Source of the DNA: Fibrobacteria bacterium | GTDB taxonomy: Bacteria; Fibrobacterota; Fibrobacteria; UBA11236 | Length of the DNA stretch: 64,000 bases | Direction of reading: 5' to 3' | NCBI GenBank assembly: GCA_043745805.1 | Contig: JAYTSD010000008.1 | Location: 97,943 to 161,942 of the forward strand | Shown here: piece after piece, positions 36,672 through 46,215 of the stretch | Numbering within the stretch: position 1 is the stretch's first letter | Layout of the letters: the number at the start of each line of letters is the position of its first letter | The notes under the pieces: generated by a model | Told to the model about the DNA's origin: nothing | Seen by the model: only the letters and a program-made list of their open reading frames with translations | The model's database searches: none | Position numbers and translations under genes: made by a program

Positions 36672-38744
36672 TTATCCTGCTAAATGGAGTTCCGTAGCGG
36701 GATCTATTTCGAATTGAAAAGGACGTTGATGGCTTCCACTTTTAAGCGTAACCACTTTTACTGGATTCTTTTTCAATAAACTTTGTATCCGACGCGAGTT
36801 TAAATTATCGGCCATCGTGGTGAAAGAGAAGCGCTCTAATAAGCGATTTAATTTCCACTCCGTGGAATCAATATTTACATAGTGCTGAAAGGACTTGAGC
36901 CAGCCGGCTTTAATGCGAGTCTGTTCCGTATCCAATTCCCAAGGATGAAAGTACACCATGGCTGGCAAACCTTTTTGGTTTTTTTGTTCGATATATCTAT
37001 CGGTTACACGATAAGGATACAAACGTAAATAACCGCCACCAGAAATAGGAATCACTTTATTCCCTAATCCCAAAGTGGATAAAGGAACTTCTTTAATTGA
37101 TCCGCCATTTTCAAAATGCATAACATGTGGTAGGCGATTAGGGTATTTAGCAATGCCGTAACGTTCTCGCTTTATGGGGAAAATGCTAGAATCGTATTCG
37201 ATACCATATTTAGCTAAAATTTCTAAGGCCCATAAAGTACTTTCCACTATTGTGAAATTACTTGCTCTATGCCCTATTACTTTTTGGGTACTGTATTTGG
37301 CTAATACTTCTAAAGACTTTGCCAAATCTTCTTCAAATTGCAGTGGAGTCATATTAGTTAATAAATTATGATAATACCCATGTGTGCCAATTTCATGGCC
37401 TTCGGCATCTATCATGCGCACTACTTCGGGAAAATGATCGGCCACCCAACCTAAAATAAAGAATGTGGCTTTGGTATCATGCATGCGTAGTAAATCCAAT
37501 ATTTTTTGCACATTCGAAACAATCCGCGTAGGTTGTAAATGCCAAGTTGAAGGAGGTACTTGCTGTATCAAGTTATAAGCATGAAACCAGCATTCCACAT
37601 CGATGGTCAAAAAATTGCGGATGGTTTGCTGAGGACGATGTAATTCCACCACTTTATCAAGATGAATTTCCTTTAACATTTTTTGCACGCGTAGATTAGA
37701 ATTTTTTATGGAAACTCTGCCTCCACTTTGTTTTACACGATGCACTAAGTTAACGAGAAAACCTAAATCCTCGAGATCAAAATTCTCGTCCGTGTTAACC
37801 TGAATGTCTAAAGTTTTTTTGCCATTAAAGTCCAAATCTTTTAACTTGCGACTCAATTCCGAGGGACTACGACCCACCATAATCACAGACTTACGCGTTT
37901 GATGCATATGCACAGGGCTTAAGATTTTTATCCCGCCATGCTTTTCTTGATTATAAGGCTCAAAGCTCCATAACTTGGCCCGACGTAAACCCGCTAATTC
38001 TCTCGTCTCGCCTTCGAATTCAGGCTTGATAAAGAGATAGAGTACGGTATTGACAATAACCCAAATTTCCAATTTTATCCATGAAAAAAAATTGCAGGCT
38101 GCTAAGCGATAAGAATAATCATAATGCATTTTCCGCACCACACTATCCATGGAGTCATCATAACCTAAAACAATTTGCGCTAAGCCTGTCAGTCCGGGCT
38201 TAACATGCAAGGTACGGTCAATATAATGGGGCACGGATTTAGCATACTGTAAAGTAAAATGCGGACGTTCGGGACGCGGTCCAATTAAGCTCATATCCCC
38301 ACGTAAAATGTTTATGAATTGTGGCAATTCATCAATATGCAATGCGCGTAGCCATTTACCAATTTTTGTTACCCGTGGGTCTAATCCTTTTTGGGCAAGC
38401 TGAGGTCCGCTTAGCTCAGCATCTAATCGCATACTGCGATATTTATAAATGGTGAATATTTCTCCGCCATAATCTTGTAGACGTTGCGAGAGTATATAAG
38501 AGTCCATTCCCCCTGCCGCAGATCCCGATTTTGATCCTTTTTTTTTGGAACGGAAAATTTGATAAGGACTAGCCCGACGATTCATTCCCACTCTTTGCTG
38601 CGTATAAAGCGCAGGACCGCGTGACTCTAATTTTATTAAAAAAGCGATTAGTGGATATGTAACCACAAATATAAGGGTTCCAATCCATCCCCCAAATAAA
38701 TCCAGTAGGCGTTTACTAACCAGTACAAGCAAGGATGGTTTCAT
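36672..38744 (-). CDS. Tri-domain fusion: polyprenyl-phosphate phosphoglycosyl transferase + STAS-like module + PEP-CTERM-type polysaccharide deacetylase (DUF3473)
   Basis: 690 aa with an AAGGAG Shine-Dalgarno. PGT blocks: KRLLDLFG, YKYRSM, IDELPQFINILRGDMSLIGPRPERP, KPGLTGLAQI. The middle segment LDIQVNTDENFDLEDLGFLVNLVHRVKQSGGRVSIKNSNLRVQKMLKEIHLDKVVEL is STAS-like. C-terminal blocks: FLTIDVECWFHAYN, GHEIGTHGYYH, YDSSIFP, GGGYLRLYPY, YFHPWELD. Confidence 0.75.
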   Translation of the reverse strand: MKPSLLVLVSKRLLDLFGGWIGTLIFVVTYPLIAFLIKLESRGPALYTQQRVGMNRRASPYQIFRSKKKGSKSGSAAGGMDSYILSQRLQDYGGEIFTIYKYRSMRLDAELSGPQLAQKGLDPRVTKIGKWLRALHIDELPQFINILRGDMSLIGPRPERPHFTLQYAKSVPHYIDRTLHVKPGLTGLAQIVLGYDDSMDSVVRKMHYDYSYRLAACNFFSWIKLEIWVIVNTVLYLFIKPEFEGETRELAGLRRAKLWSFEPYNQEKHGGIKILSPVHMHQTRKSVIMVGRSPSELSRKLKDLDFNGKKTLDIQVNTDENFDLEDLGFLVNLVHRVKQSGGRVSIKNSNLRVQKMLKEIHLDKVVELHRPQQTIRNFLTIDVECWFHAYNLIQQVPPSTWHLQPTRIVSNVQKILDLLRMHDTKATFFILGWVADHFPEVVRMIDAEGHEIGTHGYYHNLLTNMTPLQFEEDLAKSLEVLAKYSTQKVIGHRASNFTIVESTLWALEILAKYGIEYDSSIFPIKRERYGIAKYPNRLPHVMHFENGGSIKEVPLSTLGLGNKVIPISGGGYLRLYPYRVTDRYIEQKNQKGLPAMVYFHPWELDTEQTRIKAGWLKSFQHYVNIDSTEWKLNRLLERFSFTTMADNLNSRRIQSLLKKNPVKVVTLKSGSHQRPFQFEIDPATELHLAG

Positions 38745-38795
38745 ACTGAAAGCTCCTTTTTGGGGTTGCTTAAGTTTAAGTATACTGATCGGATA

Positions 38796-38811
38796 CGCAG
38801 TCTATAGTCCA
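38796..38811 (-). promoter_or_regulatory. Candidate sigma-54 (-24/-12) promoter of the fusion gene
   Basis: The minus strand reads TGGACTATAGACTGCG. GG and GC have the canonical spacing of TGGCAC-N5-TTGC. The site is about 50 nt upstream of the ATG, and a sigma-54 activator gene lies immediately upstream. The match is only partial. Confidence 0.3.
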
Positions 38812-39093
38812 AATGGATGTCCTTTTTCCCGTTTAATTTTTTACGTTAAACGCATGTTTTCCCTGCCTAAAAGGTAGGTTGCTGAACATAGTACGTCAAT
38901 TTTCGGGTGTGTTTATTCCGCATACAAATCAGCAATAAAAAGTCAAAAAATCGCAAATCACTCCGGTTTTAAATATTTTTGATTAAAAAATAAGGTAAAT
39001 GCGATTTTTTTAAGGCTCGATTTGAAAAAGGGCAAGCCAAAGGTAGCACTAATAACTTCCTAATTCCCTTAAAGCAAAGGGATTATTTATTAG

Positions 39094-40686
39094 TTAATAC
39101 TTAAACTCGGTAGCGTTTAGTCCATGTCTTTGCAAAGCATAGCGCAATTGCCTTAGGGAGACACCCAATACTCTTGCGGCATGCGTTTGTATTCCGCCAG
39201 CATGATGCAAGGCTTCACGCAAATCTTTTTCTCGAATCGGCACGCGTTCATATAGCTTTCGCTCGCTCGGCTTATTACTCAAAGGTGATATCGTCACATT
39301 TTCCGTAGACGCCGGAGTGGTCACCGCTGGTTCGGGTATATCTATCATCGAATTTAAAATGGGAATATCTTTGGCGGAAAGTGCTTCGCTGCCTGCTAAG
39401 ATAACCGTGCGCTCAATGGTATTTTCTAATTCGCGAACATTTCCTGGCCAAGTATAGTTTTCTAAAAATTCCATGACCTCACGCGAAATGGTAATGCGTT
39501 TATTGTATTTGGTGGTGAATTTTTTTAAGAAAGAAGAACATAGGGGTAAAATATCTTCTTTGCGATTACGTAGTGGAGGAACATTGATAGGCACAACCAT
39601 TAAGCGATAATATAAATCTTCACGGAACGCCCTATCCTTTACCATTTGCTCTAGCTTCGCATTCGTGGCACAGATCACACGTACATCTGAGGTCATGGTT
39701 TTAGAAGATCCCACTCTTTCAAAAGTTCCATCTTGTATAACGCTCAATAATTTAGCTTGGGTCTCCGCGGGAATTTCACCGATTTCATCGAGGAATATTG
39801 TTCCCCCATCGGCCGCTTCAAATCGGCCTATACGTTGAGCAATAGCTCCCGTGAAGGATCCTTTTTCATGTCCAAACAATTCACTTTCAATTAAACTAGC
39901 TGGCATAGCTGCGCAATTGACTATCACAAAAGGTTTTTTATTTCGACCACTGGTATAGTGTATGGAACGCGCCAATAAAGTTTTACCGGTACCGCTTTCA
40001 CCCCGTAACAATACTGTGGCATCGGTATCGGCCACACGTTTTACCAAAGCCAAAGTTTTTGCCATAGCCGAAGAATTACTGATTAAATTATCCGGATTAA
40101 ATCGATCTTCAAGTTCCGCATGTAGCTCTTTATTTTCCTGCACCAGTCGTGAATTTTCTTCTCGAATCATTTCTGCAATACGCAGGGTTTGTGAAAGTAA
40201 AGAGGCTACGATTTTTAAAACGGTTATATCTTCGTCGATCATGGTGCAACTGCTGGTAGTGCGATGCGCCGTAAGGACGCCGATAGGACGATCGTCTAGG
40301 ACCACGGGAACGGCAATAAAACCAATTCGCTCCAAATTAAATTGTTCGAAATCGGTTTTTGGAGTGGGAATGCCTTCAATTAATTCATTATCGGGTATGG
40401 CCATTGCAAAACAATTGCTAAAAACTTTTCCCACAAAATCCGAACCGATTTTATAAACGGAATTACGAATTTCTTCGGGAGAAAAGCCCATACTAGCTTT
40501 AATCACCAGGTTTTTACGGTCGGAGGTCGGCATTAATAAAGTGCCATTTTCCAAATCCAAATTTTGCGACAAAGCTTCTAAAGCTCTTTGAGCAACTTGC
40601 TTATAATCGAGGGATGAAGAAAAAAGCTTACTGATTTCTGTAAGTGCGGCAAGAGTTCTCACCTGATGCACCATAAAATCTTTCAT
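39094..40686 (-). CDS. GAF-domain sigma-54-dependent transcriptional activator (bacterial enhancer-binding protein)
   Basis: 530 aa. N-terminal GAF-like region. AAA+ core with Walker A GESGTGKT, GSFTGA (GAFTGA variant), Walker B IFLDEIGE, and WPGNVRELEN. C-terminal Fis-type HTH AARVLGVSLRQLRYAL. Confidence 0.9.
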   Translation of the reverse strand: MKDFMVHQVRTLAALTEISKLFSSSLDYKQVAQRALEALSQNLDLENGTLLMPTSDRKNLVIKASMGFSPEEIRNSVYKIGSDFVGKVFSNCFAMAIPDNELIEGIPTPKTDFEQFNLERIGFIAVPVVLDDRPIGVLTAHRTTSSCTMIDEDITVLKIVASLLSQTLRIAEMIREENSRLVQENKELHAELEDRFNPDNLISNSSAMAKTLALVKRVADTDATVLLRGESGTGKTLLARSIHYTSGRNKKPFVIVNCAAMPASLIESELFGHEKGSFTGAIAQRIGRFEAADGGTIFLDEIGEIPAETQAKLLSVIQDGTFERVGSSKTMTSDVRVICATNAKLEQMVKDRAFREDLYYRLMVVPINVPPLRNRKEDILPLCSSFLKKFTTKYNKRITISREVMEFLENYTWPGNVRELENTIERTVILAGSEALSAKDIPILNSMIDIPEPAVTTPASTENVTISPLSNKPSERKLYERVPIREKDLREALHHAGGIQTHAARVLGVSLRQLRYALQRHGLNATEFKY

Positions 40687-40893
40687 TCCCCCACCTTATT
40701 GTTAGTATATGTAAAAATTAAAGCACTTTTTTTCAATTTTGTCACTATTTGTTATTTTTTGTCTTCGTTTTCACTATATATTTACAAATAAGCAAATTGT
40801 ACACCAATAATTTCCAAATCTTAAAACACTGCATTTTCTGTTATTATTATGAGAAAATCTTAATTCACATTTTTTTGGCCTTTTTGGAGAAAT

Positions 40894-42366
40894 ATGAAAA
40901 TAACCTTGGAATCTGCAGAAAAATTTAAAGTCACCGTCGGACAGTCATTTGTCATTTTTGCAGAAGGAATTAAACCCTTTGGTTTTTTGCCTGGAAAAAA
41001 TCCAGTTCAAACCCTCATCGAAAAAACTCTAAACGAACAAAGTCGCAAAATTCTCACGGATTCGGTGGAAATTATATCCCTCGAAAACACTCAGGTATTG
41101 GTGATACAAATTCCTGCCAAAAAAGGATTAGCTCGAGAAGACCGCGTGCGTATAGCCTCTGCTCGTGCTTATGATTGCTTAAAATCCCGCTCCATTAGCA
41201 AAGCCACTTTCTGTTTACAAAATGCCAAAGATTTGGATTTCAGCTGCGTAACCGAAGGGTTACATTTTGCTGCCTATGAATTCAACAAATACAAGAGTGA
41301 AAAGAAACTTTCGAAAGTGGAAGAAATAAATTTTATTGTGGCTGGTAAAGCTTTAAAAACTTCCCAAGCTCTATTAAAAGAAACTGAAATTATTCATACC
41401 AGTATTACGGATTGTCGTGATTTAGTGAATGAACCTGGCTCGCATTTATTGCCGCATCAATTCGTAGCGGTGGCTCAAAAAATTGCCAAGTCTGCGGGTT
41501 TAGAAATTATCATCCGCGACGGAAAAGCTTTATTAAAAGAAGGGTTTACTGGTCTTTGGACGGTGGGCAAAGGTTCGGATTATCCGCCTTACATGGTTAC
41601 AATATCCTATCGTCCGACTAAGAGTAAAAAAGTACCCCATCTATGCTTTGTGGGTAAAGGTATCACCTTTGATACGGGTGGTATTAGCTTGAAGCCCAGT
41701 GCGGGCATGGCCGAAATGAAAAGCGATATGGCAGGTGCTGCCACAGCATTAAATGCCATTGCCGCCATCGCACAATTAAAATTACCGATTCAAGTTACCA
41801 CGGTACTTTGTCTTGCTGAAAATCGACCAGGCAATCAAGCGGTTTTACCTGGCGATATTTTCACTGCGAAAAATGGCAAGACCATTATGGTGGACAATAC
41901 CGATGCCGAAGGCCGTTTAGTTTTAACAGATGGACTAGCTGAAGCGGGTTTAAATGGAGCGACGCATATTATTGATTTAGCCACCTTAACTGGCGCTATT
42001 ATTCGGGCTATTGGTCCTAGTATCGCAGGCTTATTTTCCAATGATGCAAAATTTGCGCAAGCCATTCAAAAATCGGGAGCTAAAGTTAGCGAAAAATTAT
42101 GGGAACTTCCGCTGGAGGCCGAATATCGGGAGTACTTGGAAGATCCTGTTGCGGATATGAAAAATGTGGGGAAATCAGAAGCGGGAGCCATTACCGCCGC
42201 CCTATTTTTAGAAGAATTTGTTCCAGCAAAAACGGCTTGGGCCCATTTGGACATTGCAGGCACGGCTTTCACTATGTCGAATTGGAAATATTATAAAGCA
42301 GGTGCAACCGGTTGGGGCTTAAAAACCCTTGTGGAAGTGGCTCGGCATCTTGCTCATACAGCTTAA
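40894..42366 (+). CDS. pepA: Leucyl aminopeptidase (M17)
   Basis: 490 aa. VGKGITFDTGGISLKP and NTDAEGRLVLTD signatures. Confidence 0.9.
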   Translation: MKITLESAEKFKVTVGQSFVIFAEGIKPFGFLPGKNPVQTLIEKTLNEQSRKILTDSVEIISLENTQVLVIQIPAKKGLAREDRVRIASARAYDCLKSRSISKATFCLQNAKDLDFSCVTEGLHFAAYEFNKYKSEKKLSKVEEINFIVAGKALKTSQALLKETEIIHTSITDCRDLVNEPGSHLLPHQFVAVAQKIAKSAGLEIIIRDGKALLKEGFTGLWTVGKGSDYPPYMVTISYRPTKSKKVPHLCFVGKGITFDTGGISLKPSAGMAEMKSDMAGAATALNAIAAIAQLKLPIQVTTVLCLAENRPGNQAVLPGDIFTAKNGKTIMVDNTDAEGRLVLTDGLAEAGLNGATHIIDLATLTGAIIRAIGPSIAGLFSNDAKFAQAIQKSGAKVSEKLWELPLEAEYREYLEDPVADMKNVGKSEAGAITAALFLEEFVPAKTAWAHLDIAGTAFTMSNWKYYKAGATGWGLKTLVEVARHLAHTA

Positions 42367-42390
42367 GTTAATGGCTTAAATTAATCGTGC

Positions 42391-42420
42391 GCTAAGGCTT
42401 CAAATGGCTGAAGCTTTAGC
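42391..42420 (+). terminator. Possible terminator hairpin after pepA
   Basis: 12-bp stem GCTAAGGCTTCA/TGAAGCTTTAGC with one G-U pair and a 6-nt loop. The downstream T-tract is weak (CTCAATTTCT). Confidence 0.35.
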
Positions 42421-42443
42421 CTCAATTTCTATATTAGCCAGCC

Positions 42444-44231
42444 ATGGAAAAAATTGCAATCTTAGATTTTGGTGGCCAATACACGCATCTCGAAGCAAGG
42501 TGCATTCGGCAACTCGGTGTTTATTCCGAGATACTCTCTCCCCAATGTAAAGTAGAGGATTTAAAAGATTATATAGGAATTATTTTTTCGGGTGGACCTG
42601 CATCCGTTTATGATCCCAAGGCACCTTTATTTAATGATGAAATCCTCAAAATAGATTTACCTATTCTAGGGCTTTGTTATGGTCATCAACTGCTTAATTT
42701 AAAATTAGGAGGAGCCGTAAGCAAAGGTTTAGTGCATGAATTTGGTGCAGCAGAATTTGAGCCGGATCTCTCTCACCCTTTATTTGCAGGCCTTTCAGCT
42801 CGTACAACCATGTGGATGAGTCATGGCGATGAAGTTTCCAAGTTACCTCCAGGTTTTCGCGAAATTGGAAAAACTGAACACTGTGCCTTTGCTGCCGTAG
42901 CCAATGATTCACAAAAACGTTATGCCGTACAATTTCACCCCGAAGTGACCCATTCGGTGGAAGGAAATTTAGTTCTCAAAAACTTTCTGACTCTTTGTGG
43001 AGCCAAGTTTACTTGGAAAATGGATAGCTATGCGCAGCAACTCGAAGAAAACCTTCGTCAACAATGTATAGGCAAAAAAGTTTTTCTTTTAGTGAGTGGA
43101 GGCGTGGATTCCACTGTCGCTTTTGCATTACTCAATCGCGCACTGGGCGAGCAAAATGTTTTAGGATTGCATATTGATAATGGACTCATGCGTAAGGATG
43201 AAAGTGCCGACGTAATAGATTTTATGCAGCGCGAAGGCTTTCGTAATTTAAAAATCAAAGATGCTTCGGAAACTTTTTTACAAGCATTAAAAGGCATTAC
43301 CGCTCCCGAAGCCAAACGAAAAATCATTGGTGAAACTTTTATTCAAGTTAAAGATGCGGAGTTGCTTGCCTTAAAGTTAAATCCCCAAGATTGGCTGTTA
43401 GCGCAAGGCACGATTTATCCCGACACCATTGAAAGTGGTGGAACACAAAATGCCGCGGTGATTAAAACGCATCATAATCGTGTAGATAGTATTAAAGAAC
43501 TAATTGCTTTAGGGCTAGTCGTAGAACCTTTAGCGGAATTATATAAAGATGAAGTACGCGAATTAGGTTTACTTTTAGGTATTCCTGAAAAATTAATTTG
43601 GCGACATCCTTTTCCCGGTCCGGGCTTGGGTGTAAGACTTTTATGCAATGCCGATTTAAATAAAGAAATCGATCCGACCTTAAGGGAAGGATTACAAAAG
43701 TTTGGTCAAGAAAATGATTTTAAAGGGGAAGTACTGGCAGTTGAAAGCGTGGGCGTGCAAGGCGATGCGCGCACTTATGCACATCCCTTGGTTTTACAAA
43801 ATTTACGCGATTGGAAAAGAGCCGAAACGCTGTCTACCTTAATTACCAATCGCTTCCGTGGTGTAAATCGGGTGGTTTTAGAAATCGGAAGAATAAGTGA
43901 TGCGCCTTATACTTTGATCGCTGCTTATTGCGAAAAATCTGCTCTTGATTTTTTACGAGAAGCCGATGCCCTCTGTCATAGCCTACTTTATGCAAACAAT
44001 TTGTATCGCTCGATTTGGCAAATGCCAGTAGTATTATTGCCACTCACCATTTCACAAAAACCCGTTATTGTATTACGTCCAGTACATTCCTCGGAAGCTA
44101 TGACCGCGCGCTTTGCCACTATTGATTTTGCTTTGCTCGATACCCTATGGCAGCAATTAAAAACCTTGGGAGCTGGGGCTTTATTGTACGACGTAACCCA
44201 TAAGCCACCTGGAACCATAGAATGGGAATAG
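42444..44231 (+). CDS. guaA: Glutamine-hydrolysing GMP synthase
   Basis: 595 aa. GATase Cys GLCYGHQLL and FHPEV. PP-loop SGGVDSTV. C-terminal HKPPGTIEWE. Confidence 0.9.
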   Translation: MEKIAILDFGGQYTHLEARCIRQLGVYSEILSPQCKVEDLKDYIGIIFSGGPASVYDPKAPLFNDEILKIDLPILGLCYGHQLLNLKLGGAVSKGLVHEFGAAEFEPDLSHPLFAGLSARTTMWMSHGDEVSKLPPGFREIGKTEHCAFAAVANDSQKRYAVQFHPEVTHSVEGNLVLKNFLTLCGAKFTWKMDSYAQQLEENLRQQCIGKKVFLLVSGGVDSTVAFALLNRALGEQNVLGLHIDNGLMRKDESADVIDFMQREGFRNLKIKDASETFLQALKGITAPEAKRKIIGETFIQVKDAELLALKLNPQDWLLAQGTIYPDTIESGGTQNAAVIKTHHNRVDSIKELIALGLVVEPLAELYKDEVRELGLLLGIPEKLIWRHPFPGPGLGVRLLCNADLNKEIDPTLREGLQKFGQENDFKGEVLAVESVGVQGDARTYAHPLVLQNLRDWKRAETLSTLITNRFRGVNRVVLEIGRISDAPYTLIAAYCEKSALDFLREADALCHSLLYANNLYRSIWQMPVVLLPLTISQKPVIVLRPVHSSEAMTARFATIDFALLDTLWQQLKTLGAGALLYDVTHKPPGTIEWE

Positions 44232-45346
44232 GCCATATCGTTCCCAAAGAACGTGAGAAAGCCATTTTAGTAGGGGTTGCCACACGTGAAGTGTCGCCCT
44301 CCGCTTTAAAAGAGCATTTAGCTGAGCTTGGACGTTTGGCGCACACTGCTGGAGCCGATATTACGAATATTGTGACACAAAGACGTGATGCCTTTGATCC
44401 CGCTACCTTAATTGGGGAAGGCAAAGTTAAAGAAATTGCTCTTTTGGTTAAAGAAACCTGTGCTGACTTAGTTATTTTTGATGAGGATCTTTCGGGCTCC
44501 CAAGCGAAAAAACTGGAAGCACTGCTCGCCATTAAAATAGTGGATCGCAGCGGTATCATTCTCGATATTTTTGCTAAACATGCTAAAACTGCGGAAGCAA
44601 AAATTCAGGTCGAAGTCGCACAATTACAATACATGTTACCTCGCCTAACCAAAGCATGGACGCATTTATCTCGCCAAGCAGGCGGTGTAGGTATTGGTAT
44701 GCGTGGTCCAGGTGAAACGCAGCTTGAAGTCGATAGACGCCTAGTACGCAAACGCATAGCCGATTTATCCGACAAGCTGGAAAAAATGGAAAGCATACGC
44801 CAAGCACAGCACAATCATCGCGTACCGATTTTTCATGCCGCTTTAGTTGGATATACCAATGCAGGAAAAAGTACACTGATGAATGGAATGACTAAGGCTG
44901 GCGTAGAAAGTGCGGATAAGCTTTTTGCTACCCTCGATCCTACCACACGCAAACTGTATTTGGGATCCCATAAACATGCGGTGATTTCCGATACCGTAGG
45001 CTTTATTCGCAAACTCCCCGTGGGATTAGTCGCTTCTTTTAAAAGCACGCTCAGTGTAGTTTGCCAAGCCTCTTTAATTTTACATGTGGTTGATGCCAGC
45101 TCTGAGGACTATGAAGATCAAATGGAAACCACCGCTAAAATTTTAAAAGAATTAAAAACCGATCACATTTTACGGCTTACGGTTTTTAATAAAATTGATT
45201 TACTCTCACCGGAGCGAGTAAATTTTATGCAGGTGCATTATCCCGAAGCCATGTTTGTTTCTGCGGATCAAAAAATTGGTTTGCAAGAATTGCGTGCGCG
45301 TATCGAGGAAATTTATACGCATGGCGGTTTCGCCAAATGGACTTAA
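44222..45346 (+). CDS. hflX: GTPase HflX
   Basis: 374 aa. HflX N-domain blocks (DRSGIILDIFAKHAKTAEAKIQVEVAQLQYMLPRL, RGPGETQLEVDRR). G1 GYTNAGKSTLMN, G3 DTVGF, G4 NKID. Confidence 0.9.
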   Translation: MGIGHIVPKEREKAILVGVATREVSPSALKEHLAELGRLAHTAGADITNIVTQRRDAFDPATLIGEGKVKEIALLVKETCADLVIFDEDLSGSQAKKLEALLAIKIVDRSGIILDIFAKHAKTAEAKIQVEVAQLQYMLPRLTKAWTHLSRQAGGVGIGMRGPGETQLEVDRRLVRKRIADLSDKLEKMESIRQAQHNHRVPIFHAALVGYTNAGKSTLMNGMTKAGVESADKLFATLDPTTRKLYLGSHKHAVISDTVGFIRKLPVGLVASFKSTLSVVCQASLILHVVDASSEDYEDQMETTAKILKELKTDHILRLTVFNKIDLLSPERVNFMQVHYPEAMFVSADQKIGLQELRARIEEIYTHGGFAKWT

Positions 45347-46215
45347 AAGCCGAATTTAATCCCGCTTATATTTCACGCCTCAAAGGTTTGTCATTACAAG
45401 CGAAATGGGTATTGGAAGGTGTCATGACCGGACGGCATCGTTCTCCTTATCATGGATATTCATCTGAGTTTTCACAATACAAAGGTTATGCTTTAGGCGA
45501 TGATTTAAAAAATCTGGATTGGAAAGTTTTTGGTAAGAACGATCAATTAGTCACACGCCGATATAGAGATGAAACCAATAGTAATGTGTATCTCGCCATA
45601 GATAGCTCTTTGTCTATGCATTATGGAAATCCTTTATCCAAATTAACTTATGTTAAAGTATTGGCGGCCTCACTCGGTATGCTGGCTTTTCGACAACGCG
45701 ATGCTTTAGCTTTAGCCACAGGTGCGGGCGAAAATATAAACTTTTTAGCGCCTAAAAATAGCGCCAGTCATTTTCAAAGAGTATTAGATACTTTAGAAAA
45801 GTTGCAGCCCTCGGGTGTTACGGATCTTAAAATGTTGTTTGAATCGATTGCTGTGCAAATAAAATCAGGCAGCATGGTTTTTGTTTTCACCGATCTTTGG
45901 CATCCTGACAACACTTTACGTGAAGGCTTAAAAGCCTTGCGTGCCAAGCATCCCGCAATTACTCTGATTCATATCCAAGATCCTGAAGAAAAATCCTTTT
46001 TTGCCGACGGCTATTTGGAGCTAGAAGATTTAGAAAATCAATCCAAACTAAAAGTATCCGCGAGTCATTTACGCCAGCAATATTTACAAACCCTGCAAGC
46101 GCATATACAAGCCATTCGTAATGAATGTGAAGGGTTACGTATGCATTATGTTCCTATACTCACGACAATGCCTTATTTCGAAGCGGTTCGTCGTATTTTA
46201 ACCCGAGGCAAATAG
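45337..46215 (+). CDS. DUF58-family (vWA-like) protein
   Basis: 292 aa. Hallmark YALGDDLKNLDWKVFGKNDQLVTRRY. The start overlaps the hflX stop by 10 nt. Confidence 0.8.
   Translation: MDLKAEFNPAYISRLKGLSLQAKWVLEGVMTGRHRSPYHGYSSEFSQYKGYALGDDLKNLDWKVFGKNDQLVTRRYRDETNSNVYLAIDSSLSMHYGNPLSKLTYVKVLAASLGMLAFRQRDALALATGAGENINFLAPKNSASHFQRVLDTLEKLQPSGVTDLKMLFESIAVQIKSGSMVFVFTDLWHPDNTLREGLKALRAKHPAITLIHIQDPEEKSFFADGYLELEDLENQSKLKVSASHLRQQYLQTLQAHIQAIRNECEGLRMHYVPILTTMPYFEAVRRILTRGK

Noticed and set aside
39962-40456. 164-aa plus-strand ORF inside the sigma-54 activator gene. Similar shadow ORFs occur at 44119-44559, 48481-48882, 12911-13147, 13241-13573 and 13570-13836.
   Set aside because: All lie inside, or in alternative frames of, genes with strong family motifs. 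They are typical shadow ORFs.
42444-44231. GMP synthase is about 70 aa longer than the 525-aa E. coli enzyme, which raised the question of a possible fusion.
   Set aside because: All canonical blocks, including the C-terminal KPPGTIEWE, are present in order. The extra length is distributed in the dimerisation region. Long-form GuaA variants exist, and there is no evidence of a foreign domain.
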